From positions 128,001 to 192,000 of the forward strand of contig JBHLLF010000002.1 of NCBI GenBank assembly GCA_048885865.1: a stretch of DNA of 64,000 bases, written 5' to 3'. Numbering within the stretch: position 1 is the stretch's first letter; each line of letters opens with the position of its first letter. A program made the position numbers and the translations under genes. The notes under the pieces were generated by a model that saw only the letters and a program-made list of their open reading frames with translations, did no database searches and was not told where the DNA came from. Positions 45,243 through 54,492 of this stretch are shown piece by piece. This DNA is from Candidatus Hermodarchaeota archaeon. GTDB lineage: Archaea; Asgardarchaeota; Thorarchaeia; Thorarchaeales; Thorarchaeaceae.

Positions 45243-47234
45243 ATGGTCAATCAACAAAGTATGCAGAAGACTATTCGCCAACTAGTTAAGTTCAAGAATG
45301 CCTCAGATGCTATTACAGATATCGAGATTCTACGACTAGTCTTCGTTCGCATACTCGAGGAGATCCATAAAGAATTGGAAGAACCACCAAGGTCTCCCGA
45401 CTATACACATCTCGGCTTGTTTTCTGATTCGCGTTCCAGCTGGAACCAAGAATGTGCCGAGAACATCTTAGATTTCAACTTGGAACCCAAGAATAATGAA
45501 TCACTGCTCGACACCAGAGTTTTGATACTGGGTAACTTGTTTGAGGCATTCAAAAGTCAGAAAAGCAGGAAGAACCGGGGAGTCTACTACACTCCATATA
45601 ATCTTGCACGAACCATAAGCAGTCTCTCCGTTGATGCTTTCGAATCGCAAAACCGTATTTCGACGGTTTCTCAACTACTGGGTCTCAAGATATTGGACAA
45701 TGCGTGTGGAAGTGGGACATTCCTTTTCGCTATGCTCGAAGAGATTCTCAGAAGAATCTCAGCAGGAAAAGAGAAGATTGTATTGGAAAGCATTGATGTA
45801 GAAACCACTAAACTCGATTCCGTAGCATCATATCTGCTAAGCAAATCGCTCTTTGGGCACGATATTGATGAAGATGCGATTGCGATTGCTGAGGCTCAGC
45901 TTTGGCTAGCTCTATACTCTATCAGTGGCACAATTCCTTCATTGATTCGCATACCAAACCTCAAAGTCACAGATACTCTTTTTTCAGAAGTACTTGATGA
46001 GAAATACGACATTGTGATAGGAAATCCCCCATATATGCGACTCACATCCGCGGAGATTGAGTTTAAGAAGACTATCAAAGCACGATATGATACAACCCGA
46101 GAATACAACACACACGCTCTCTTTGTCCAGGCATCTTTGTCCCAACTGAAGCAGAACGGAATCCTTGGCTATTTGATTCACAAGAATCTTCTAACTCTCG
46201 ACACTTTTAGAAGACTCAGGAAGTCAATTGTAAAATCCCATGGCCTTATTCATATCTCAGATTGTGGCCCAGGAGTTTTTCGTGGTGTGACGGCTGAAAC
46301 CGCATTCATTATCCTGCAAAATAGACCCAGAGCAATTCCTCCCAAAATCCGTCTATCACGATACAATTCTGTTCTCGGCAGGTGCTGTGAAATATCAACC
46401 GTTGACCGAGATGACTATTGCAGTCTAATCTCAGCTTGGAATCATCGGTACCTATTGAGTATCACCTCAGATGTTATACCCTATTTGCAGTATTTGTCCA
46501 ATTTGCCGCAGCTAAACACATTGGTCACAATAAAACGCGGAATTGAAACAGGATGCAATCGAAAGTTCATTTCAGACGCAGCCAAGCAGGGAGGTAATTG
46601 GAAGCCTCTACTTCGAGGAAGGGATGTAGAGAAATTTGCTATAAAGGGCAACGTATGTTTGAATCATGATGTCGCCAGATTGGCAAAACCCGGTCGAAGA
46701 GACTTGCAGGAAATTCCAAAGGTTGTGGTGCAGCAAAACTCAGAACATCCCATTGCTTTCTATGATTCTGGAAACTATCTGGTACTCAACTCAACAACCT
46801 ATTTGACTGATGCCAGTGAAGATCTGCTTAAGGCAGTCTGTGTGTTGCTGAATTCTAACCTAATATCTTGGTTTTTCAAGACTGTACTGACGAATAATGC
46901 AGGTTTAACTGTCAATCTCCTACCCAACAATTTGGGTATGATTCCAGTCCCAAAGAGATTGGATTTACCCTTTTTTTCTACCCTTTGTGATATTCTAACT
47001 CATTTGCGGGCATCATCTGATTCAGCATCGTTCCAGTTTTGGCATGAAACTCTTACTGAAACACTAGTACTTGGTGCCTACTTTCCACATCTTTCCAAAG
47101 ACAGCAATGGAAACCACCGAATACAAGAAATCGTGGACTCAATTACATCAGAATCAATTGGGAGCGTCTTATGTGATAAGGCTGTCAATTCTGCAAAGAT
47201 CGCCTTGAAGGAATTTGCATTCCTCCAGTCATGA
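45243..47234 (+). CDS. N6-adenine DNA methyltransferase (Eco57I/TaqI-like, gamma order)
   Basis: GVYYTP, LDNACGSGTF, IGNPPY, C-terminal TaqI-like TRD (RGIETG, LRGRDV, LLNS). Confidence 0.88.
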   Translation: MVNQQSMQKTIRQLVKFKNASDAITDIEILRLVFVRILEEIHKELEEPPRSPDYTHLGLFSDSRSSWNQECAENILDFNLEPKNNESLLDTRVLILGNLFEAFKSQKSRKNRGVYYTPYNLARTISSLSVDAFESQNRISTVSQLLGLKILDNACGSGTFLFAMLEEILRRISAGKEKIVLESIDVETTKLDSVASYLLSKSLFGHDIDEDAIAIAEAQLWLALYSISGTIPSLIRIPNLKVTDTLFSEVLDEKYDIVIGNPPYMRLTSAEIEFKKTIKARYDTTREYNTHALFVQASLSQLKQNGILGYLIHKNLLTLDTFRRLRKSIVKSHGLIHISDCGPGVFRGVTAETAFIILQNRPRAIPPKIRLSRYNSVLGRCCEISTVDRDDYCSLISAWNHRYLLSITSDVIPYLQYLSNLPQLNTLVTIKRGIETGCNRKFISDAAKQGGNWKPLLRGRDVEKFAIKGNVCLNHDVARLAKPGRRDLQEIPKVVVQQNSEHPIAFYDSGNYLVLNSTTYLTDASEDLLKAVCVLLNSNLISWFFKTVLTNNAGLTVNLLPNNLGMIPVPKRLDLPFFSTLCDILTHLRASSDSASFQFWHETLTETLVLGAYFPHLSKDSNGNHRIQEIVDSITSESIGSVLCDKAVNSAKIALKEFAFLQS

Positions 47235-47304
47235 GTCAATGTATTGATAGCGAGAGGCAAACAGAGATAAGTCGTGTCTTATGCAATGGCACTGAGGGAA
47301 TTCT

Positions 47305-47838
47305 GTGACCGCGGAACAAGACGCGCCTGTACGACCAGATGAATTGGTCTATGATCCAGCTTCGATGGATGGTAGAGGTATACTTGATACCCTGAGTATG
47401 CTTCTGTCTCATCATCCTCCGTCTCAGTATGGACATTGTCTCAGGGTTTCCTTTGCAGGTCGTTCTGTATATTTCTGTGGTAGATGTTCGGGCATCTATG
47501 GCGGTCTAGGATTAGGTATGATTCTGCTTTTATTCTTCAGATCCATTTTGGAACCAGATTGGTTCTGGTTCATGATATCAATGGCAGTAGGATTTGCTAC
47601 CGTTGTTGATTGGGTGAGTCAAAGACTAACTCCTAGGAAGACAACGAATTTCATAAGGGCTATTACAGGATTTCTAAGCGGTTTCTGCCTTGCAATAATC
47701 TTCTACTTGGGCAATCTCTGGTATATGCTGGTTGCGCTTGCTATAATGGGTGTCACGGTAGGAGGAGTGGGATTTGTGGAAAATAGAAGAATAAAGCATG
47801 AGAGGGCAATCCTTGAAGCTGAAGAATCCGAAGAATGA
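47305..47838 (+). CDS. DUF2085-like membrane protein
   Basis: SHH.P...CGRCSGIY.G, DW.SQ, N..R.ITG. Confidence 0.7.
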   Translation: MTAEQDAPVRPDELVYDPASMDGRGILDTLSMLLSHHPPSQYGHCLRVSFAGRSVYFCGRCSGIYGGLGLGMILLLFFRSILEPDWFWFMISMAVGFATVVDWVSQRLTPRKTTNFIRAITGFLSGFCLAIIFYLGNLWYMLVALAIMGVTVGGVGFVENRRIKHERAILEAEESEE

Positions 47839-47875
47839 GACAATCATTTTAACAATGGTATAGTTCCTTGAAGTT

Positions 47876-49021
47876 GTGACTCCGATGATTCCTACAGCAA
47901 AACCGATTATCGAAACAGAAGAGATTGAGGCAGTGAAGAGTGTCCTCGAATCAGGTATGTTGGCAGAGGGCAAGGTTTCGCGGCAATTTGAAACAGAGTT
48001 TGCAGATTACGTTGGGACCAAGTATGCCACTGTGACCAGCAACGGAACAACAGCACTTTCAACCGCACTTGAAGCTCTAGGCCTCCAACCCGGAGACGAA
48101 GTTATCACAACTCCATTCACCTTCATTGCGTCAGCCAATTCTATCGTCATGATTGGTGCTGTTCCTGTGTTTGTTGATGTGAAATTTGACACCTACAATA
48201 TCAATCCAGAGTTAATTGAAGAGGCCATTACAAAGAACACTCGGGCAATTATGCCAGTTCATATCTTTGGAATGCCATGCGAGATGGACCAAATCATGGA
48301 GATTGCAGAGAAGCATGACCTCCTAGTTATTGAGGATGCATGTCAAGCACATGGAGCTACTGTGAGCGGCAAAATGGTGGGATCAATAGGGCACATTGGA
48401 ACATACTCATTCTATGCCACCAAGAACCTGATGACAGGTGAAGGAGGCATGATCACAACGAATGATGAAGAACTCATGGATCGTTGTCTGATGATAAAGA
48501 ATCACGGACGGGGTCCCGAGGGTGGCTATAATCATCATCGTGTTGGATATAACAATCGAATGCTGGATATAGTAGCAGCACTAGGACGGGTCCAGTTGAA
48601 ACGCATGCCTGAAGTAGTCAGAAAGCGACAAGAGAATGCCAGCAGATATGACCAGTTCTTCTCAGACTTTCCCGAGGTCCAACCGCAAATCACCTTGCCT
48701 GGAATGGAGTCAGGCTATCATGTATATGCTCCGCGCTTCTTCGTAAAGAATCTCTCGCGAGATGAAATCCTCCAACGTCTTCGCGATGCGAAGATAGGAG
48801 CTCGCACTGTCTATGCATTACCTTGTCACAAGCAGAGAACATATCAGAATATCTTCAGTTGGCGGTGGTCTCGGTGCGTGAATTATCCTGACTATTCTTC
48901 CATGACATTTCAGAATGCGGAAACCATAGGTGAAACGCACATTGAGATTCCAGTTCATCCAGGTGTGACTGAAGAGAATCTGACCCACATATTGGAAACC
49001 TTGACGAGCATTCTAGGCTAA
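47876..49021 (+). CDS. DegT/DnrJ/EryC1/StrS sugar aminotransferase
   Basis: NGTTAL, EDACQAHG, SFYATKNLMTGEGG. Confidence 0.93.
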   Translation: MTPMIPTAKPIIETEEIEAVKSVLESGMLAEGKVSRQFETEFADYVGTKYATVTSNGTTALSTALEALGLQPGDEVITTPFTFIASANSIVMIGAVPVFVDVKFDTYNINPELIEEAITKNTRAIMPVHIFGMPCEMDQIMEIAEKHDLLVIEDACQAHGATVSGKMVGSIGHIGTYSFYATKNLMTGEGGMITTNDEELMDRCLMIKNHGRGPEGGYNHHRVGYNNRMLDIVAALGRVQLKRMPEVVRKRQENASRYDQFFSDFPEVQPQITLPGMESGYHVYAPRFFVKNLSRDEILQRLRDAKIGARTVYALPCHKQRTYQNIFSWRWSRCVNYPDYSSMTFQNAETIGETHIEIPVHPGVTEENLTHILETLTSILG

Positions 49022-49671
49022 GCATCTGGAATGAAATGGGGAAGTATAGATCGGAGGTCTTTGGACCGGATAGTTAGGCTAGCGGCGCGGCTGACATTTT
49101 CAGTCATTGGATTAAACGCGATGCTCAGATTGGAGATCTGAAACAACGGAATGTCATTCTCACCATCACCCACACTAGCTAGATTGTTGGTTGCAAACCC
49201 GTTTTCTTCCAAATACTCAGTCATCCGTTCAGCCTTTTGAGGCCCTTCCATGATATAATGCACCTCGCCGTCATGAGTCCCATTCTTCTCTCCTAGCATA
49301 TTGGAGTAGGCGAAATCTAGATTGAGCCTCTTTCCAAAGGGCTTCATGAAGAACTGACTAACACCACTTGAGATGCATCCCACGAGATAGCCCCACTTTT
49401 TCAATGTTGCAACAGTTTCTTCCGCACCGCACATCAGGGGCAGGCATTCAACAAGTGGGTCTAGAGTACCGTCTGTCGGCACTCCTATCCATATCTTGGC
49501 TCCCTCCTTTATTGCCTCAGCCATAGTCCGACGGTTTTCTCCCTGCTTCGCGTAGATGGCCATGAACTGTTCCTCTATTCCAAGTTCTTTTGTGATTGGA
49601 TGAACGGCACTTGGCCCATCATAAAGGACTCCGTCAAGATCAAGGCATACTACTTTGATATCCGGGTCCAA
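49018..49671 (-). CDS. HAD phosphatase, SerB-like
   Basis: DLDGVL, ISSG, K, VGDGEND. Confidence 0.85.
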   Translation of the reverse strand: MDPDIKVVCLDLDGVLYDGPSAVHPITKELGIEEQFMAIYAKQGENRRTMAEAIKEGAKIWIGVPTDGTLDPLVECLPLMCGAEETVATLKKWGYLVGCISSGVSQFFMKPFGKRLNLDFAYSNMLGEKNGTHDGEVHYIMEGPQKAERMTEYLEENGFATNNLASVGDGENDIPLFQISNLSIAFNPMTENVSRAASLTIRSKDLRSILPHFIPDA

Positions 49672-49798
49672 TGGATTTTGACCTCCTTAGCGCTTGTTTT
49701 TGTACGCTTCGCCATGTATTAGAATATACTGGACTATCCAAAGGGGATGCCGTAGAAAGGGTATTATCTCGATGCTCATCTGAATGCGATGACTGAGG

Positions 49799-50968
49799 AT
49801 GAACTCAATAGTAAATGAACCACGCCGCCGCCGTCATCGTCCAGATATAATAAATGAGATTCGTCGAATAGGTAAAAAGAAGCGAAAGGATGAAGATCTC
49901 ACTTTTGAGATTGGCAGGACACCTCGAGAAACACTCAGTAAGCTGCTCATTGTGTGCGGGAAGGTAGGAGATGAAAATGCTGATGCATATCAAGCAAAGG
50001 CACAAGAAATAGGCGCTGACTTTGTAGTCGAGCCTGGTAGATCATGGGTGTTGACAGACAAGACGGTTAAAGATTGCTTTGAAGAAGGAAAACATGCAGG
50101 AGTACTGCTGATTGGTACAAACAAGGAACTACCTGCGACTCAAATAGAATATCAAGGATCCTATGGGTTCACTGATTGGTTTATTCAGGACATAGACGGA
50201 GATGAAATCCCTGACACTCCGGTTGGCAGAGTATTTGGCCCACAGGAAACAATCCTGTATCATATGGACCCACTGATTATTGACAGCAACATTGCTGTAG
50301 TGTTTGATTCCCAGCCAGGGCGTTCAACGAGGCATGTAGAGGGATTGAAACAACTTGGCTTTGAAGTTGATGTGTTAAGGCGGTTCACAGAGAAAGATAG
50401 AAAGCTGCTTTCAGTTAGCGAATTCATACTTCAGTTCTCAGATGGTATGTTTGATTCTAGAATACATGGCACTCCGGAGAAATGGGCATCACACAATTCA
50501 GTGATTCTCGATTATCAACAAGCGTCCTCCATCAACTTTGAAGGATATCCTGTTATTTACTCGGAAGCGTGCAGCACCGCGATGGAGGGGCCACTCCTTA
50601 GAGCATTCCTGGACCAAGGCGCATGCTACATTGGTGCAACATTGGACACGATGAACAATCTGGAACCCTTTGACGATTGGAGGTTCTGCGCATATGCGGA
50701 TGGCTGGAAGTTTGGCTTTCTTGACCTTCTAGACACATACAAACTCATAGGTCAGGTCAAGGTCAGCGTTGACAAAGCAATTTTTGAGAACTTGGATGAA
50801 AATGCGAAAAGAGAGATAGCGGCGGTCAGAAATGGGGAAACATTCGAGATAACTTCGGACAATGGATTATCTGCGACGGAATGGGTCATGTTTGGGAATC
50901 CGCTTCGAAGAACAACCGTCGGTCCAGCTGCAGATTACACACCAGGTCGGCTCATTGTAGACACCTAG
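49799..50968 (+). CDS. Peptidase C25 (gingipain-like) family protein without signal peptide
   Basis: VLLIG...LP...TD...DIDGDEIPDTPVGR, IHG, SEACST, YIGAT, FGNP. Confidence 0.65.
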   Translation: MNSIVNEPRRRRHRPDIINEIRRIGKKKRKDEDLTFEIGRTPRETLSKLLIVCGKVGDENADAYQAKAQEIGADFVVEPGRSWVLTDKTVKDCFEEGKHAGVLLIGTNKELPATQIEYQGSYGFTDWFIQDIDGDEIPDTPVGRVFGPQETILYHMDPLIIDSNIAVVFDSQPGRSTRHVEGLKQLGFEVDVLRRFTEKDRKLLSVSEFILQFSDGMFDSRIHGTPEKWASHNSVILDYQQASSINFEGYPVIYSEACSTAMEGPLLRAFLDQGACYIGATLDTMNNLEPFDDWRFCAYADGWKFGFLDLLDTYKLIGQVKVSVDKAIFENLDENAKREIAAVRNGETFEITSDNGLSATEWVMFGNPLRRTTVGPAADYTPGRLIVDT

Positions 50969-50970
50969 AC

Positions 50971-51369
50971 CTAGCCTTGCACTTGCTTCTGCGTCCTCAA
51001 TCCAATCATTCCACCAATGAATCCGCCTAGTCCACCAATCACTGATAGAATAATAGCTGCCATGAAAATTGAGAGAATGTCTGCTCCTGATGAGGAAAGC
51101 GATTCCAGAAAGAGGAGAAGTGGAGTAGTTGAAAGGACTGATGCTAGGAAGCCCCCTATTGCGCCCCACCTAGGACTAAGCATGAAATAGCCGCAGACAA
51201 GTCCCGAAACAAGAGGAGCTGCAACCCACAAAACTACATAGAGTCCTATATTTAACAGAGCGGCTGCGAAAACCAACCCCAAAAATCGGATCAATGTATC
51301 CTTGGAGATTATCTCAATCGCCTCTTGTGGGCAACATAAGATTTTGATATAACGGTGACGTTTCAACAA
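50971..51369 (-). CDS. Small membrane protein (DUF5518-like)
   Basis: Four hydrophobic helices, APLVSGLVCGY, GGLGGFIGG. True start probably downstream (TTG 51294). Confidence 0.6.
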   Translation of the reverse strand: MLKRHRYIKILCCPQEAIEIISKDTLIRFLGLVFAAALLNIGLYVVLWVAAPLVSGLVCGYFMLSPRWGAIGGFLASVLSTTPLLLFLESLSSSGADILSIFMAAIILSVIGGLGGFIGGMIGLRTQKQVQG

Positions 51370-51409
51370 TAGTCTTTCATAGGGGTTCGCAGCGACTTGA
51401 TGAAGTTGG

Positions 51410-52342
51410 TTGATGCATTTGCTTCTTGAACTTGAAGTGCCCTCAAACTACGACCTCCTTAAGTCCGTTCATTCTTGGATCTTTCCTGATATTCAACCTG
51501 TTCCAGAAGTGACTGGTCTAGACTATTTTGGTCGTGTTTTTAGAATCAAGGGTAGACCAGTCCCTATAATTATCAGACAGCATGGGCCCGGGCAAATACT
51601 TGAAATCGTATATCCAGAGAAGTCCGCGACCATCAAGGATGTCCAGCAGCTCTCAAGGAGAATCCTCGGACTAGACAAGAGGATGGACTCAGCCCTTTCA
51701 TTAATGAGAAGTGATTTAAAACTGAAACGATTTGTGGCAAATGTAGCAGGCATATTTCCGTATATTGCAGAGTCATTTTATGAGGCACTAGTGAAGACCA
51801 TCATTCAGCAACAGATTTCCTATCGCTCAGCAAATGTCGTGACAAAGAGGATGATTCTTGGCCTATCAAAGAAACATGTCTTCGAAGGTATTGTACTTTA
51901 CCCTTTTCCCACTCCTGAAGATATCGTGGAATGCGGCGTAGATGGACTTGGAAGGTTTGGAATAGGATATAGGACGGAATATGTGCATAGAATCTCTTCA
52001 CTTGTTGCCTACGGCGATCTAGACCTAGAACCGCTGTCGACGATGACATTCAAAGAGATAATGGAGATTCTAGGTCCTATCCGTGGTGTTGGTGAATGGA
52101 CGGTTCAAGCCGCCATGATTGCAGGTTTGGGCGATCTTTCTATTTTCCCATATGACGACCTCGTCATTCAGAATATTCTGGGCGAGCTTTACAATAATGG
52201 AGTTAGAATGACAAAAACACAGGTGATCGAGAAATCAGCAGAATGGGGGCATGAGGGGCCTTCAGTCCTTTATCTTTTGATGTCAGCCTATGTCCTTGGA
52301 CTCGTGCCGCCCCAAGGCAAGCCGAAAACGCATAAAAGGTGA
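51410..52342 (+). CDS. alkA: DNA-3-methyladenine glycosylase (AlkA, HhH-GPD)
   Basis: EALVKTIIQQQIS, FPTP, IRGVGEWT, FPYDDL. Confidence 0.87.
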   Translation: MMHLLLELEVPSNYDLLKSVHSWIFPDIQPVPEVTGLDYFGRVFRIKGRPVPIIIRQHGPGQILEIVYPEKSATIKDVQQLSRRILGLDKRMDSALSLMRSDLKLKRFVANVAGIFPYIAESFYEALVKTIIQQQISYRSANVVTKRMILGLSKKHVFEGIVLYPFPTPEDIVECGVDGLGRFGIGYRTEYVHRISSLVAYGDLDLEPLSTMTFKEIMEILGPIRGVGEWTVQAAMIAGLGDLSIFPYDDLVIQNILGELYNNGVRMTKTQVIEKSAEWGHEGPSVLYLLMSAYVLGLVPPQGKPKTHKR

Positions 52343-52369
52343 CTGTCTTTTGATGAACCATAGCCTCGG

Positions 52370-53539
52370 GTGAGTTGCGTGACCGAGAAGGGAAAGAAGA
52401 AGAACACAAAACTTTGGCGCATATATTCTATGTTCAGAAAGGAGCTAAGACTAATCATCAATGACAAATTCGCACTTCTTCTTATCTTCGCTTTGCCAGG
52501 GATGATTATGCTAACAATGTACGGAGCGATAAATACCGGTCAAGTAGGCTTTACATCAACTGAATATGGCCAGAAAAGCGAGGATGCAATGGTTCTTGGT
52601 GTAGTAGACTCGGATCCAACTGACACCTTCCCGGGCGAGGACCTTTCCCAGAATTTCACATGGTATCTTCAACGTAGCCCGGACTTCATTGTGGAGATAT
52701 TTCCAGATGAAGAAGCAGCACTGACTGAGTTGTACTATGATCGTGTCGATGCATACGCAGTAATTCCCTATGGATTTGAGGGTAACATAACCGGTGATAT
52801 TCCTGCATTCGTTTCAATTCATATCTCAAGCACGAATATCATGAGTCAGGCAGCCGTGTTTGGTGCATTCAGTAGTGTGGTAGCTGATTTCAGATTCGAC
52901 CACGGTTGGATTAAACATGAAGTAGATGTGGAAACAGTACGGGAATTTGAGCCAACAGGAAATTACACTGCAGCCACATTTGGTGCTTTCATGGTTGTCT
53001 TTGCAGTCTTCATCGCCACCTCCGCAACGGCTGCACAGGCGATCGTAGGAGATGTCCCTCTGAATCGAATGCTACTGACTCCCGCCACCAAGATGGAGGC
53101 CGTGCTTGCTAAGACTCTAGCATATTTCGCGGTGGGCCTAATCCAGATTCAATTTCTGCTAATAATGTGGATGGGCATGTTTGGCATTATTCCAAATACC
53201 GATTATATCACTCTTAATGCAGTCCTGTGGCTATTAGCCCTATCCGGCTCGGCTCTGGGAGTAGTTATTTCAACTGTCGTAACGACGCGTCTGCAAGCAA
53301 ACCAGTCCTTCCTTTTCCTCCTATTTGCATCAATGATTGTCGGGACTGGATTCCTTGATGTTGGAATAATCGATGAATGGTTCCCACTAAACCTAGGTAG
53401 AGTCATGATGATTGATACTGCTTTCAAGGGAGTAGACTTGTTTACATTCACCAACGAAATAATTAGGATATTGATTTTCTCTGCGGCTCTAATCCTCGTA
53501 GCCTGGGGAATCTTTGCGAGGCGAACAAGTCTCGCATAG
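52370..53539 (+). CDS. ABC-2 type transporter permease
   Basis: KELR..., extracellular domain, RMLLTP..K, five C-terminal TM segments. Confidence 0.85.
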   Translation: MSCVTEKGKKKNTKLWRIYSMFRKELRLIINDKFALLLIFALPGMIMLTMYGAINTGQVGFTSTEYGQKSEDAMVLGVVDSDPTDTFPGEDLSQNFTWYLQRSPDFIVEIFPDEEAALTELYYDRVDAYAVIPYGFEGNITGDIPAFVSIHISSTNIMSQAAVFGAFSSVVADFRFDHGWIKHEVDVETVREFEPTGNYTAATFGAFMVVFAVFIATSATAAQAIVGDVPLNRMLLTPATKMEAVLAKTLAYFAVGLIQIQFLLIMWMGMFGIIPNTDYITLNAVLWLLALSGSALGVVISTVVTTRLQANQSFLFLLFASMIVGTGFLDVGIIDEWFPLNLGRVMMIDTAFKGVDLFTFTNEIIRILIFSAALILVAWGIFARRTSLA

Positions 53540-54448
53540 CTAGAATCCCAGGAATACAAAGACAACTACGGCAGCATTGTTGAATCCATGAGCCATTGTA
53601 GGAGCCATTATTGAGTAATTACGCTTCTGAGCGAGATAACCCAATATGAGTCCCAGCACGAATCTATTTGGCATTCCGAAAATATCCAGGTGAATCGCAG
53701 CGAAGATGAAACTTGTGATAATCAAGGCGTAAAGACCAGGATTTGTCCTCCGCTGAATGAAATACATCTCCATTCTTCTCTGCAAGAATCCTCTGAAAAG
53801 AAGCTCCTCGCTGAAACCAACGGCAGCAAACATTAGGATTACCCAAAGGATGACATCTAATACACCATTTACCTCAAAGAAGCTAATACCTGCGTCTGGC
53901 AGATCAAATGCGATGCTAATCAGCAAAGACACAAGAAGATTGGCTACAAGCATTACGCCTCCTATGGCAAGTCCCAGAATGGCTTCTTTCAAAGAAGTCA
54001 TGTCCTTAACCCCAATAGAGCTGAGCTTGTACCCATTCCTTCTCACATACCAGATTGGTGGAACAATGAATCCGATTTCAGCGATGGTTATGACAAGCAC
54101 TGCTATAGGATCGAGGTAAATATTGCCAGTGACGAGGTCGACGATAATGAGACCCGATGCCATAAGCGGTACCATTAGGATGACTGTGAGCCCCACAGTA
54201 ATGCCAAACGCAGCTCCTGTCAGAAGAAGAATGTGGAATAATCTGTTCCAATCAACCTCACGTTCAATTACCGAACCTGGCTCGAAGATGTCAATTCCTG
54301 CAAATTCCTGCATTTCAAAAGCGTCTGGGTCACTGATTGCCAAGTGGTGTGCACCAACTGAGTCAGCATCCGACCTGAGATAAGGATTTGCTTGTGCGAC
54401 ATTCTTATTGCTGAGTCCAATAGGTTTTATCAGGTGGGTTCGCAGCAA
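53540..54448 (-). CDS. CPBP (CAAX type II/Abi) intramembrane glutamic endopeptidase
   Basis: EELLFRG, FAAIH, HGFNN. Real start likely TTG 54343. Confidence 0.9.
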   Translation of the reverse strand: MLRTHLIKPIGLSNKNVAQANPYLRSDADSVGAHHLAISDPDAFEMQEFAGIDIFEPGSVIEREVDWNRLFHILLLTGAAFGITVGLTVILMVPLMASGLIIVDLVTGNIYLDPIAVLVITIAEIGFIVPPIWYVRRNGYKLSSIGVKDMTSLKEAILGLAIGGVMLVANLLVSLLISIAFDLPDAGISFFEVNGVLDVILWVILMFAAVGFSEELLFRGFLQRRMEMYFIQRRTNPGLYALIITSFIFAAIHLDIFGMPNRFVLGLILGYLAQKRNYSIMAPTMAHGFNNAAVVVFVFLGF

Positions 54449-54492
54449 GTGGTCAAATCAAAATCTCCATGCCTTATGATTGGTGGTGACTT

